NCBI GenBank assembly: GCA_020057295.1 | Contig: JAGVGF010000001.1 | Location: 96,001 to 160,000, forward strand | Direction of reading: 5' to 3' | DNA: 64,000 bases | Source of the DNA: an archaeon | Lineage (GTDB): Archaea > Nanobdellota > Nanobdellia > Woesearchaeales > UBA9642 | Part shown: piece after piece, positions 51,951 to 59,983 of the stretch | Position numbering within the stretch: the stretch's first letter is position 1 | How the letters are laid out: the number at the start of each line of letters is the position of its first letter | Notes under the pieces: generated by a model | The model's input: the letters and a program-made list of their open reading frames with translations, nothing else | Told to the model about the DNA's origin: nothing | Database searches by the model: none | Position numbers and translations under genes: made by a program

Positions 51951-52232
51951 TTATTCCTTAGTTTCTATTTCCTTCTTTGCCTTGTAACTCTTGAATAATT
52001 TATATCCAGAGAATGCTGCTGCTACAACACTTAATGTTCCTAGAATTCCTAAACCTGCATTCTGATATTTTGCTTTTACTTCTTCAGATTTTGATTCATA
52101 CTTCGCTTTTAGTTCTGGACCAAAATATGATGCTACCGTTGCTGCTCCAGGTCCTGCCATAAATTTTGCTCTGTCTACAACAGTTACTTTTTTCTCTAAA
52201 TTTTCTTTACTTGTTTGTGCTGCTTGATTCAT
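51951..52232 (-). CDS. small single-TM hypothetical protein
   Basis: AGGTGA SD; C-terminal hydrophobic helix. Confidence 0.7.
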   Translation of the reverse strand: MNQAAQTSKENLEKKVTVVDRAKFMAGPGAATVASYFGPELKAKYESKSEEVKAKYQNAGLGILGTLSVVAAAFSGYKLFKSYKAKKEIETKE

Positions 52233-52311
52233 TTCATCACCTTTCTAATTGAATTATATAAACAAATAATCGGAAGTGCTTAATAAGAATATTCTAAGAA
52301 AACCCGCAACA

Positions 52312-52331
52312 TTTCCGTATATTTACGGAAA
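52312..52331. promoter_or_regulatory. palindromic operator-like site
   Basis: TTTCCGTA-TATT-TACGGAAA perfect 8-4-8 inverted repeat. Confidence 0.55.
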
Positions 52332-52335
52332 GAAT

Positions 52336-52848
52336 TCATCTCATATAATTTCTAATCTGTTGATCCATAGACAATAATCTCGTACCAACATATTTCATTG
52401 CATTGCCTATTCCATCAGTATTTAATGTTTCAAAGAATCTGAATGAAATTATTGCTAAACGCCATCCTGACTTTCTTAATTGTTCAAGTCTTTGCAGTTC
52501 ATCTCTGTCAATTAATCTTATGTTCGCTTCTTTTGCTCTTAACTTAACTTTTTCATCAAAATATCTGTTAGTAACCATTTCACCAAGATATGTTGGAATG
52601 TTAAAAGTTTTTAATGTAGTTTCAAATTTAGAATAATCATCAAACGTCACATTACTATGAGAACGATATTTACATTCAACATATTTTCTTAATATTGGAT
52701 CTTTATATGTTACATCTATCTGTCCATTAGCTGATTCTTCACCATTAGTCTTTTTAACTCTATGATCTATCTTTACATCCCTATATCCTAAATCCTTATA
52801 TAATTCCGATACAAATATTTCAAGTCCTGAACCCTTATTTTTAATCAT
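52336..52848 (-). CDS. Mrr-like PD-(D/E)xK restriction endonuclease domain protein
   Basis: LEIFVSELYKDLGY, QIDV, VECKY, MVTNRYF and IRLIDRDEL. Confidence 0.85.
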   Translation of the reverse strand: MIKNKGSGLEIFVSELYKDLGYRDVKIDHRVKKTNGEESANGQIDVTYKDPILRKYVECKYRSHSNVTFDDYSKFETTLKTFNIPTYLGEMVTNRYFDEKVKLRAKEANIRLIDRDELQRLEQLRKSGWRLAIISFRFFETLNTDGIGNAMKYVGTRLLSMDQQIRNYMR

Positions 52849-52849
52849 A

Positions 52850-53107
52850 TTACTCCATAAAATGTTTAGATAAGAAAGATTCGTAAAGTACTGAATGTGA
52901 TTCAATATCTTTTACATGTAACTTACGTGCATAATCTATTATACTATTATATTCCTTGTTTTTTTCATAAACTAACTCTATAAAGAATCCATGCGGAATA
53001 ACATATAAAGAATTCACAAAGATATTATGTTTCAAATACTCCTTTAACGTATCATAATCAAAATCTTCATTATCAATAGTTATTATAACAAAAGCCTTCT
53101 TCACCAT
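52850..53107 (-). CDS. small protein, possibly an Lrp/AsnC RAM-like domain
   Basis: KAFVIITI start and ferredoxin-like beta/alpha pattern; coupled to the nuclease gene. Confidence 0.5.
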   Translation of the reverse strand: MVKKAFVIITIDNEDFDYDTLKEYLKHNIFVNSLYVIPHGFFIELVYEKNKEYNSIIDYARKLHVKDIESHSVLYESFLSKHFME

Positions 53108-53153
53108 AAATTACATACTAGACTAACACATTAATAAGATTTTACTAGAAAAA

Positions 53154-53172
53154 TACGGAAAGCTTACGGAAA
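53154..53172. promoter_or_regulatory. direct repeat of the same operator half-site
   Basis: TACGGAAA-GCT-TACGGAAA in the divergent promoter. Confidence 0.5.
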
Positions 53173-53199
53173 AAAGGAAAGTTTAAATAGGAAAGTATT

Positions 53200-53766
53200 A
53201 TGAAGTATACTGTGACTAAGGATAAATGTTCTAATTGTGGAAAAATAAGATCTAAAAAATTCTGGACTTTTAAAGATAAAACACGGTTATGCGATGATTG
53301 TCATTGGCGATACGGCGAGTTATGGCAGAAAGATATTGATACAAAAGAAACACATCCAACGTATAAAGAAAAAATAGGACAAGAACTAAAAGGTTTGGGG
53401 GGATGGTTAATAATTCCAGTAAGCATAATGTTTGTTCTTATAATTTCCGCTATTTTTAGCTTTATAATTAGTTTAGTAGCTTCAATTTCTAAAACAGGAT
53501 GGAGCTTATTTTTTGTTTTTATTTATTTAGGATTATTAGCATTATACATAACTACTCTTGTTTTTATTTTTCAAAAATCATTATTAGGGAAAAAATTAAT
53601 GATTGCCTCTTTTTATGCTAATCTAATAAATACTGCTATTGCTGATATGCTTTTGTATTCAGACCCAGAAGAATATATTGCTACAGGTATTACTTTTTTT
53701 ATTACATGGATTTTAATAAAATATCTTAATAATTCAGAAAGAGTTAAAAATACTTTTACAAAATAA
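53200..53766 (+). CDS. Zn-ribbon plus DUF2569-like membrane protein
   Basis: CSNC...CDDC; GLGGWLII...YLNNSERVKNTF. Confidence 0.75.
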   Translation: MKYTVTKDKCSNCGKIRSKKFWTFKDKTRLCDDCHWRYGELWQKDIDTKETHPTYKEKIGQELKGLGGWLIIPVSIMFVLIISAIFSFIISLVASISKTGWSLFFVFIYLGLLALYITTLVFIFQKSLLGKKLMIASFYANLINTAIADMLLYSDPEEYIATGITFFITWILIKYLNNSERVKNTFTK

Positions 53767-53783
53767 TAACTAAAGGCTATATT

Positions 53784-54197
53784 ATGTTGAAACTTATTAA
53801 GGAACATTGGAGAAAATCGAAAAATTTTCATTCTAGTTTTATTGCATGTTTGTTCGTAAATGTCTTATTCGGAATTTATTTGACACAACTTTTAAATCAA
53901 ACTCAATTACCTATATGGAATGATAATATCATAGGAAACATTACTCTTACAATTTTCTTAGTTATATTGCTTGGTGTGGGTTATAAATGGGGCATATCTA
54001 ACTGTGACGATATTAAAGATACACAAACTTTTTATGATAATTTTTTTATGAGTGTTATGATTGTGATTATATCTACAGTGCTGATTGTATATAATCCTTT
54101 TCTAAAAGTAAAATTTAATTGGATATTAGGTCTAATGAGTATTTTAATAATTTATTTTCCTTTAAACTGGTCATATATTAAATTACGACCTAAATAA
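53784..54197 (+). CDS. hypothetical four-TM protein
   Basis: hydrophobic segments. Confidence 0.65.
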   Translation: MLKLIKEHWRKSKNFHSSFIACLFVNVLFGIYLTQLLNQTQLPIWNDNIIGNITLTIFLVILLGVGYKWGISNCDDIKDTQTFYDNFFMSVMIVIISTVLIVYNPFLKVKFNWILGLMSILIIYFPLNWSYIKLRPK

Positions 54198-54239
54198 ACA
54201 AGTATAGTGCTACGGAGACTATTCGATAACGCATAAAAA

Positions 54240-54280
54240 TTTCTTAAAATTAAAATATGAGCGCGTGAGGATTTGAACCC
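54240..54280. repeat. left copy of a 41-bp imperfect direct repeat (right copy 54987..55027)
   Basis: 35/41 identical by manual alignment. Confidence 0.8.
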
Positions 54281-54292
54281 CACTTCTCTCAC
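54258..54292 (-). pseudogene. orphan tRNA 3' half (T-arm and acceptor 3' strand)
   Basis: GTGAG-AGAAG-TGGGG-TTCAAAT-CCTCA-CGCGCTC-A; no 5' half adjacent. Confidence 0.7.
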
Positions 54293-54357
54293 TGGACATT
54301 TGCTCGTGAAGCATATAAATGAAATCATCCAACCATTTAGTGTGAGATGATTTATTT

Positions 54358-55023
54358 ATGAAAGCTTCACATATCAACAATGTCAAAATTGATGAAGACA
54401 TCGCATATCTAATTGGTGTTCTACAATCTGACGGATGCATTTATGAATTCTATGATAAGAAACGAAATAGATTGCACATAAGATTAAATTTAGGCGTAGG
54501 GAAAAATTCTTTACCAATGTCTGAAAAATTTAAACAGACACTTAAAAAATCGCTAAACATCACCGTTAATATTAGAAAAGCTCCTTCAGCTAAGAATGCG
54601 TATGTAATACAAACATCAATCAATAGAACAGCAGAAATATTTAGAGAATGGAAGAAAGAAGAGTTAAATAACGAGATAAGTCAAAATATAAAATTATTTG
54701 GCGCATACTTAGCAGGTTTAATAGATGGTGACGGACATATAAAAGTAAAACACAATAATGATCGTAAAATTCCACAATGCATTATAAAAATAGCAGAAGA
54801 TAGGCCTATGAAGACTTTGCAACAACTTTTATATAAGTTCTTTAATTGTAAATCATATTTCGAGAAACATAACAATAGTAAATGCGTAGAAACATGCTTC
54901 TATATATCAAAGAAAAACATCGATACATTCTATAAATATGTTTACCCGCATGTTACTATTAAACATAAAGTAGAAAGATTAGATTGTTTCTTAAAATTAA
55001 AAAGTGAGCACTGCAGGATTTGA
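54358..55023 (+). CDS. two-motif LAGLIDADG homing endonuclease, free-standing
   Basis: AYLIGVLQSDG and AYLAGLIDGDG; no intein splice motifs. Confidence 0.92.
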   Translation: MKASHINNVKIDEDIAYLIGVLQSDGCIYEFYDKKRNRLHIRLNLGVGKNSLPMSEKFKQTLKKSLNITVNIRKAPSAKNAYVIQTSINRTAEIFREWKKEELNNEISQNIKLFGAYLAGLIDGDGHIKVKHNNDRKIPQCIIKIAEDRPMKTLQQLLYKFFNCKSYFEKHNNSKCVETCFYISKKNIDTFYKYVYPHVTIKHKVERLDCFLKLKSEHCRI

Positions 55024-55079
55024 ACCCGCGGTCTCCCGGTCCGAAGCCGGGCGTTTTATCCAAACTAAACTAAGTGCCC
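55005..55079 (-). tRNA. tRNA-Arg(UCG)
   Basis: GGGCACT...CCCGG-CT-TCG-GA-CCGGG...GCGGG-TTCAAAT-CCTGC-AGTGCTC-A. Confidence 0.95.
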
Positions 55080-55137
55080 ATTCTAACAATATAGATATAT
55101 CTATAGTTTAAATAATTGTTGTTTCCAAAGAAAAAAC

Positions 55138-55449
55138 TTAGTTTACTTTTTCTAAGATTATTTCTATTGTTGAAACTCGTACGTCTCGTCCTTCCTTATT
55201 TTTGAAATCTTCAGAATTTGTTTTGATTTCTCTTACACGTACGCTTCCTTTCAAAAATCTTTTAGTTGTTACTTCAGCAATATCTACTGCTTTACTTATA
55301 AATTTTCCACGAGCTTTTAAGAATACTTCATCTGCTCCTTTGGTTGTGAACTGCATTACTAGACTTGTTACATAGTTCATGAATGGTTTTGTTCCTACAA
55401 ATACTGTATTATCCTTACCATCATTAATGTCCATGCTGTCGTCTTCCAT
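55138..55449 (-). CDS. albA: DNA/RNA-binding protein Alba
   Basis: VFVGTKPFMNYV, KARGKFISKAVD and VSTIEI motifs. Confidence 0.95.
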   Translation of the reverse strand: MEDDSMDINDGKDNTVFVGTKPFMNYVTSLVMQFTTKGADEVFLKARGKFISKAVDIAEVTTKRFLKGSVRVREIKTNSEDFKNKEGRDVRVSTIEIILEKVN

Positions 55450-55456
55450 TTGGAAA

Positions 55457-55645
55457 TCACCTGCCAGTTTTCTTTAATCTAGTAGCATAACCAGCGATAA
55501 TATTACGCATCTTTTTAGAACTAATTTGTGCCTTAGTGCCTAATATACGTTTATTATCGTCAAAAGTAGTGGTAAATTCGTCACCGTACTTCTCCATTAA
55601 TTCTTCTGTAGTTCTCTTGATCAACATAGTTTTAATTCTGCCCAT
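55457..55645 (-). CDS. rps17e: ribosomal protein eS17
   Basis: MGRIKT...SKKMRNIIAGY. Confidence 0.95.
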   Translation of the reverse strand: MGRIKTMLIKRTTEELMEKYGDEFTTTFDDNKRILGTKAQISSKKMRNIIAGYATRLKKTGR

Positions 55646-55806
55646 AATAAATACCTCAAATAGGAGGAACAAAATGTCATTTATAAATGTTACGCCGTAG
55701 GGTAATAGAAGGTTATTTACGCATATATCTTCTTTGGCGATAATGGCCGGTATGTTACTTTATAGTTAATATAAAGCCTTTTAAAGCCTTTATTCTCTCT
55801 AGTATT

Positions 55807-57105
55807 ATGTATCAATATATATCTACAGAAGACGTTCTTGGCATTATAATGGCTGCTGGCGATGGTAAAAGATTAATGCCATTAACAAAAGATAGAGCCA
55901 AACCTGCTGTTCCTATAGCTGGAAATTTAAGAATTATAGATTTTGTACTTACAAATTTTATAAGATCAGGCATTAAAAATATCTATATCACTGTATATTA
56001 CAAATTCGATTCTTTAGCAGATCATATATACAAATATTGGAATTTTTTACCTAACGAATTAGATGAATTTATAAAAATTATTCCTCCACAAAAACGCTTA
56101 GATGAAGATAAAAGTTATATTGCAACAGGAGTATCTATCCATCAAAATACACATTTAATACGCAAACATAAACCTAAACTTGTGGCAGTATTTGCGGGAG
56201 ATCACGTATACTATATGGACATAAGACATATGATTACATATCATCAGGATAAAAATTCTGAAGCAACAATTGCTGCAATTCCAATAAAGATTAGCGAAGC
56301 GCCAAGAGAACTTGATGGAAGATTATCTTACGGTGTTATTGTAACTAATGAGCATGGCAAAGTAATTGATTTCCAAGAAAAACCATTCACACCAATAGAA
56401 ATTCCTAATAAGTCAGGATATTTTTGGGCATCAATGGGTAATTACATATTCAATAGCCAAACATTAATAGATGCTGTTGATAAAGATCAAACTATAGAAA
56501 ATTCTAGTAATGATTTTGGCAAAGACATACTTCCTAGAATGGTTAAGGAAGGTAAACAAGTTTATATGTATGATTTTTCTAATAATGAAATTCCTGAAAT
56601 GACGGAAGAAGAAAAAGCCAATAATAAAGGATTCTGGATGGACATAGGAGATGTTGATAAATATTATGAAGCTAATATGATGCTTAGAAGTACATTACCA
56701 AAATTAAATTTATACAGTCACTGGTCTATACGCAAAGGTCCTACAAAAACAGTATTTTCTGATGAGTTAGAAGAAGATATTGAACATTTAAGGAGTATAA
56801 GAAGAGGAGAAGCTACTGATTCAATAATTGCTTTAGGCACAATAATTAGTGGCGGAACGGTGTTAAGATCTGTACTTGGTTCTAATATTAAAATTCATAG
56901 TTATACCTCTGTTATTGATTCTGTAATATTTGATAACGTAAATATTGAAAGACATTGTAGAATTAAAAACACTATTATTGATAAGGATGTTATTATACCA
57001 CCAAATACAGACATAGGATATGATTCAAAGAAAGATCAGGATAGAGGATTTTTTGTATCACCTAAAGGAATAGTGGTCGTGCCTAAAGGATACATCTTCC
57101 AATAA
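55807..57105 (+). CDS. glgC: glucose-1-phosphate adenylyltransferase
   Basis: G.GKRLMPLTKDRAKPAVP, GDHVYYMD, FQEKP, ASMGNYIF, DFGKDILP and a beta-helix C-terminus. Confidence 0.92.
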   Translation: MYQYISTEDVLGIIMAAGDGKRLMPLTKDRAKPAVPIAGNLRIIDFVLTNFIRSGIKNIYITVYYKFDSLADHIYKYWNFLPNELDEFIKIIPPQKRLDEDKSYIATGVSIHQNTHLIRKHKPKLVAVFAGDHVYYMDIRHMITYHQDKNSEATIAAIPIKISEAPRELDGRLSYGVIVTNEHGKVIDFQEKPFTPIEIPNKSGYFWASMGNYIFNSQTLIDAVDKDQTIENSSNDFGKDILPRMVKEGKQVYMYDFSNNEIPEMTEEEKANNKGFWMDIGDVDKYYEANMMLRSTLPKLNLYSHWSIRKGPTKTVFSDELEEDIEHLRSIRRGEATDSIIALGTIISGGTVLRSVLGSNIKIHSYTSVIDSVIFDNVNIERHCRIKNTIIDKDVIIPPNTDIGYDSKKDQDRGFFVSPKGIVVVPKGYIFQ

Positions 57106-57136
57106 AAATTCAGAATAAAAGTATAAAAATAAAAAA

Positions 57137-58396
57137 TTACCATTTAGCATATTTTATGCCATTTTCTTCTATACGCAACAACTGATTATACTTAGCGACT
57201 CGTTCTGTTCTGCATGGCGCTCCAAGTTTTATGTGCCCACATCCTAAACCTACAGCCAAATCAGCTATGAATGTATCTTCAGTCTCTCCACTTCTATGAC
57301 TAACCATGACAATCCATCCAGCCTTATATGCCATTTTTGCAGCATTAATTGCTTCAGTTACTGTACCGATTTGATTTACTTTTAACAATAATGCGGAACA
57401 TAATTTTTTGTCTACAGCCATTTGTATACGTTCAGTATTACTTACAGTTAAATCGTCACCAATAACTCTTACCTTAGATTTTGATGCTTTCTCTGTAAAT
57501 TTAGCCCAACTATCAAAATCATCCTGATCAAATACATCTTCAACAGTTACTATAGAATAAGTTTTTAATAATCTTAAATAATATGCTATCATCTCATCTT
57601 TAGTATACTGCTTATCCATTACATAATATCCTTCCTTGTAGAATTCTGATGCTGCAGCATCTATTGCTATTTTTACCTTTCCTGAATATCCTGCCTTCTT
57701 TATTGCATCTGTTAATAAATCTAAAGCTTGCTCTGGAGTGCTTAATTGTGGTGCGAATCCCCCTTCATCACCAACATTTGTCGCGCTTTTTCCGTATTTT
57801 TCTTCGATTAATTTTTTTAATGTTTGATAAACTTCAGCACACATTTGTACTGCTTCCTTAAAATTTTTAGCATATACTGGTGTAATCATAAATTCTTGAA
57901 TTTTCAAGCTTGAACCAGCATGTTTACCACCATTAATAATATTAGAAAATGGTACTGGAATTGTGAATTTTTTAGGATCAGTTCCTGTTATCTCTCCAAT
58001 ATATTCGTATAATTGTTTTTGTTTAACTTGGGCTGCAAGTCTACATACAGCCATGCTTACACCAAGGATTGCATTAGCTCCTAATTTTGATTTGTTCTTT
58101 GTTCCATCTAAAGCTATGAGTGTATCATCAACGGCTTTTTGATCTAAAAACTCCATCCCAACAATTTTTTTGGCAATGACTTTGTTAACATTATCTACTG
58201 CTTTCATCACGGACTTTCCAAGATATTCTTTCTTTCCATCACGTAATTCTAATGCTTCATACTTTCCCGTGCTAGCACCACTTGGAACTATAGCTACAGT
58301 CTTTACAGAATTAAAGTATGCTTCAACTTCTATTGTAGGATTGCCCCTAGAATCTAAAACCTGTCTAGCGCACAATTTAGTAACCTTCATATTCAC
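57137..58396 (-). CDS. eno: enolase
   Basis: DSRGNPT, GDEGGFAP, LLKVNQIG and SHRSGET motifs. Confidence 0.98.
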   Translation of the reverse strand: MNMKVTKLCARQVLDSRGNPTIEVEAYFNSVKTVAIVPSGASTGKYEALELRDGKKEYLGKSVMKAVDNVNKVIAKKIVGMEFLDQKAVDDTLIALDGTKNKSKLGANAILGVSMAVCRLAAQVKQKQLYEYIGEITGTDPKKFTIPVPFSNIINGGKHAGSSLKIQEFMITPVYAKNFKEAVQMCAEVYQTLKKLIEEKYGKSATNVGDEGGFAPQLSTPEQALDLLTDAIKKAGYSGKVKIAIDAAASEFYKEGYYVMDKQYTKDEMIAYYLRLLKTYSIVTVEDVFDQDDFDSWAKFTEKASKSKVRVIGDDLTVSNTERIQMAVDKKLCSALLLKVNQIGTVTEAINAAKMAYKAGWIVMVSHRSGETEDTFIADLAVGLGCGHIKLGAPCRTERVAKYNQLLRIEENGIKYAKW

Positions 58397-58440
58397 ACCT
58401 CAGTTATAATATAAAAAGAAATTTAAAAAAGATAAAAAAT

Positions 58441-58950
58441 TTATTTGTTAGATTTTCCAGTTACTGATATAATTACCTGTTCTGCTAATCTGCTTTGATC
58501 ATTCATATAGGATAATTTTATTTCTCCTTTAACAACTTGAACATTAGCAAATGCTGAACAATTAGTTAATCTTATAGTAATACCAGAACCATCGGATATT
58601 GTTTGCGTGGCACTAGTACAAGTGACATCTCCTTGAGGACAAATATATCTTCCAGTACAATTGTTTAATGGCGCTGTTAGTGTCATGTTAGCTGTATCAT
58701 TGTATACATTTACAGGATATCCTAATCCATTAACTAAAGAAAACATTGCACTATTTGAAGTAAATATTGGTTTACCAGGACATGCAAAACCGCTAGATGC
58801 TAAACACGTGTCTGGCGTAAATTTACTCGGGTTTAAAATACCGAAGTATGATAATGCTCCGATTGCAGCAAGAACAACTAAGATTGCCCAACCATAAGTC
58901 ATCATAAACTCTAAAGCAGCTTGACCTTTAAAACTATTTTTCCTCATCAA
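58441..58950 (-). CDS. class III signal peptide pilin-like protein
   Basis: KG/QAALEFMMTYGWAILVV. Confidence 0.88.
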   Translation of the reverse strand: MMRKNSFKGQAALEFMMTYGWAILVVLAAIGALSYFGILNPSKFTPDTCLASSGFACPGKPIFTSNSAMFSLVNGLGYPVNVYNDTANMTLTAPLNNCTGRYICPQGDVTCTSATQTISDGSGITIRLTNCSAFANVQVVKGEIKLSYMNDQSRLAEQVIISVTGKSNK

Positions 58951-58975
58951 AATTCACCTCAAATAATATTATAAT

Positions 58976-59512
58976 TTATTTTGCTTTACCTGTTACTGAA
59001 ACAATTAAAGTTTCTACTAAACCACTTTGTGTATTAGTATAATTAAATAATACTTCTCCCTTAACAACTTGAACCTTACTAAAATCACAAGCAGTTAAGT
59101 ATGTAGTAATACCAGAACCATCATTAACAGCTTTAGTAGTAACAGTACTATTAGTACAACTAGCACCAGATGTAAAACCTTGATCACACATAATAGCATT
59201 ACAATTAGTTAAAGTTTTATAAGCAATTTTTGTAGTATCTAAAGTTATTTGATAACCAAGACCATTAACGACAGAAAAAGCTATAGTACCAGAGTTTTGA
59301 ACAGTTGCTGAACCACCCATTATTGGTTTACCTGGACATGCAAAACCAGCACTTGCCAAACAAGTATCTGGAGTAAATCTTGAAGGATTTAAAACACCGA
59401 AGTATGATAATGCTCCGATTGCAGCAAGAACAACTAAGATTGCCCAACCATAAGTCATCATAAACTCTAAAGCAGCTTGGCCTTTACTAGATTTATACAT
59501 CATAAACAACAC
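58976..59512 (-). CDS. class III signal peptide pilin-like protein (tandem paralog)
   Basis: same N-terminal motif as 58441..58950. Confidence 0.88.
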   Translation of the reverse strand: MLFMMYKSSKGQAALEFMMTYGWAILVVLAAIGALSYFGVLNPSRFTPDTCLASAGFACPGKPIMGGSATVQNSGTIAFSVVNGLGYQITLDTTKIAYKTLTNCNAIMCDQGFTSGASCTNSTVTTKAVNDGSGITTYLTACDFSKVQVVKGEVLFNYTNTQSGLVETLIVSVTGKAK

Positions 59513-59628
59513 CTCTGAAAGTTAATAGAACACATCTTGGTAAAGACATTTATAAATATTTCGATTTTACGCATAAAAAACTCTATTAACGATTATCACT
59601 AAAAAATTAGAAAATTTGTTCTTTAAAA

Positions 59629-59982
59629 CTATTTCTTAGAAAAAAAGATTTTTTCACCGAGTTTCATATTATATTTTCGTATTGTTCCAGATTCTAACTC
59701 GACGAATTTTTTGACACTATGTTTTGAAGTATAATTTCTAAAAGGTTTTAAACCAATAACAGTCTCTACTATTGCATTTTCTTCATCTAAGAACATTATA
59801 TCTATAGGATAAAATACAAATAACATTGTTACCGGTATTCTCATAGGCAGATTGAATTCAAAAATCCGAGCAGTATCTTTTACAGCATCTCGTGTGCGAA
59901 ATGTTAATCCTGTGCCTTGACTCCAAATATTTCTGCAATAAACAATTTTAGAAGCTATAATCTTTTTATTATATATTAACAT
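59629..59982 (-). CDS. DUF192 protein
   Basis: GLTFR, MLFVFYPIDIMFLD and VELESG motifs. Confidence 0.85.
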   Translation of the reverse strand: MLIYNKKIIASKIVYCRNIWSQGTGLTFRTRDAVKDTARIFEFNLPMRIPVTMLFVFYPIDIMFLDEENAIVETVIGLKPFRNYTSKHSVKKFVELESGTIRKYNMKLGEKIFFSKK

Positions 59983-59983
59983 T

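Noticed and set aside
54258-55079. LAGLIDADG as an intron inside tRNA-Arg(UCG), or as an intein
   Set aside because: The tRNA is complete and uninterrupted, the orphan half does not pair properly with its acceptor or anticodon stems, and I found no BHB, group I core or intein termini.
50435-55079. Provirus or integrative element at tRNA-Arg
   Set aside because: No integrase, capsid, packaging or replication gene is recognisable, and the direct repeat encloses only the endonuclease.
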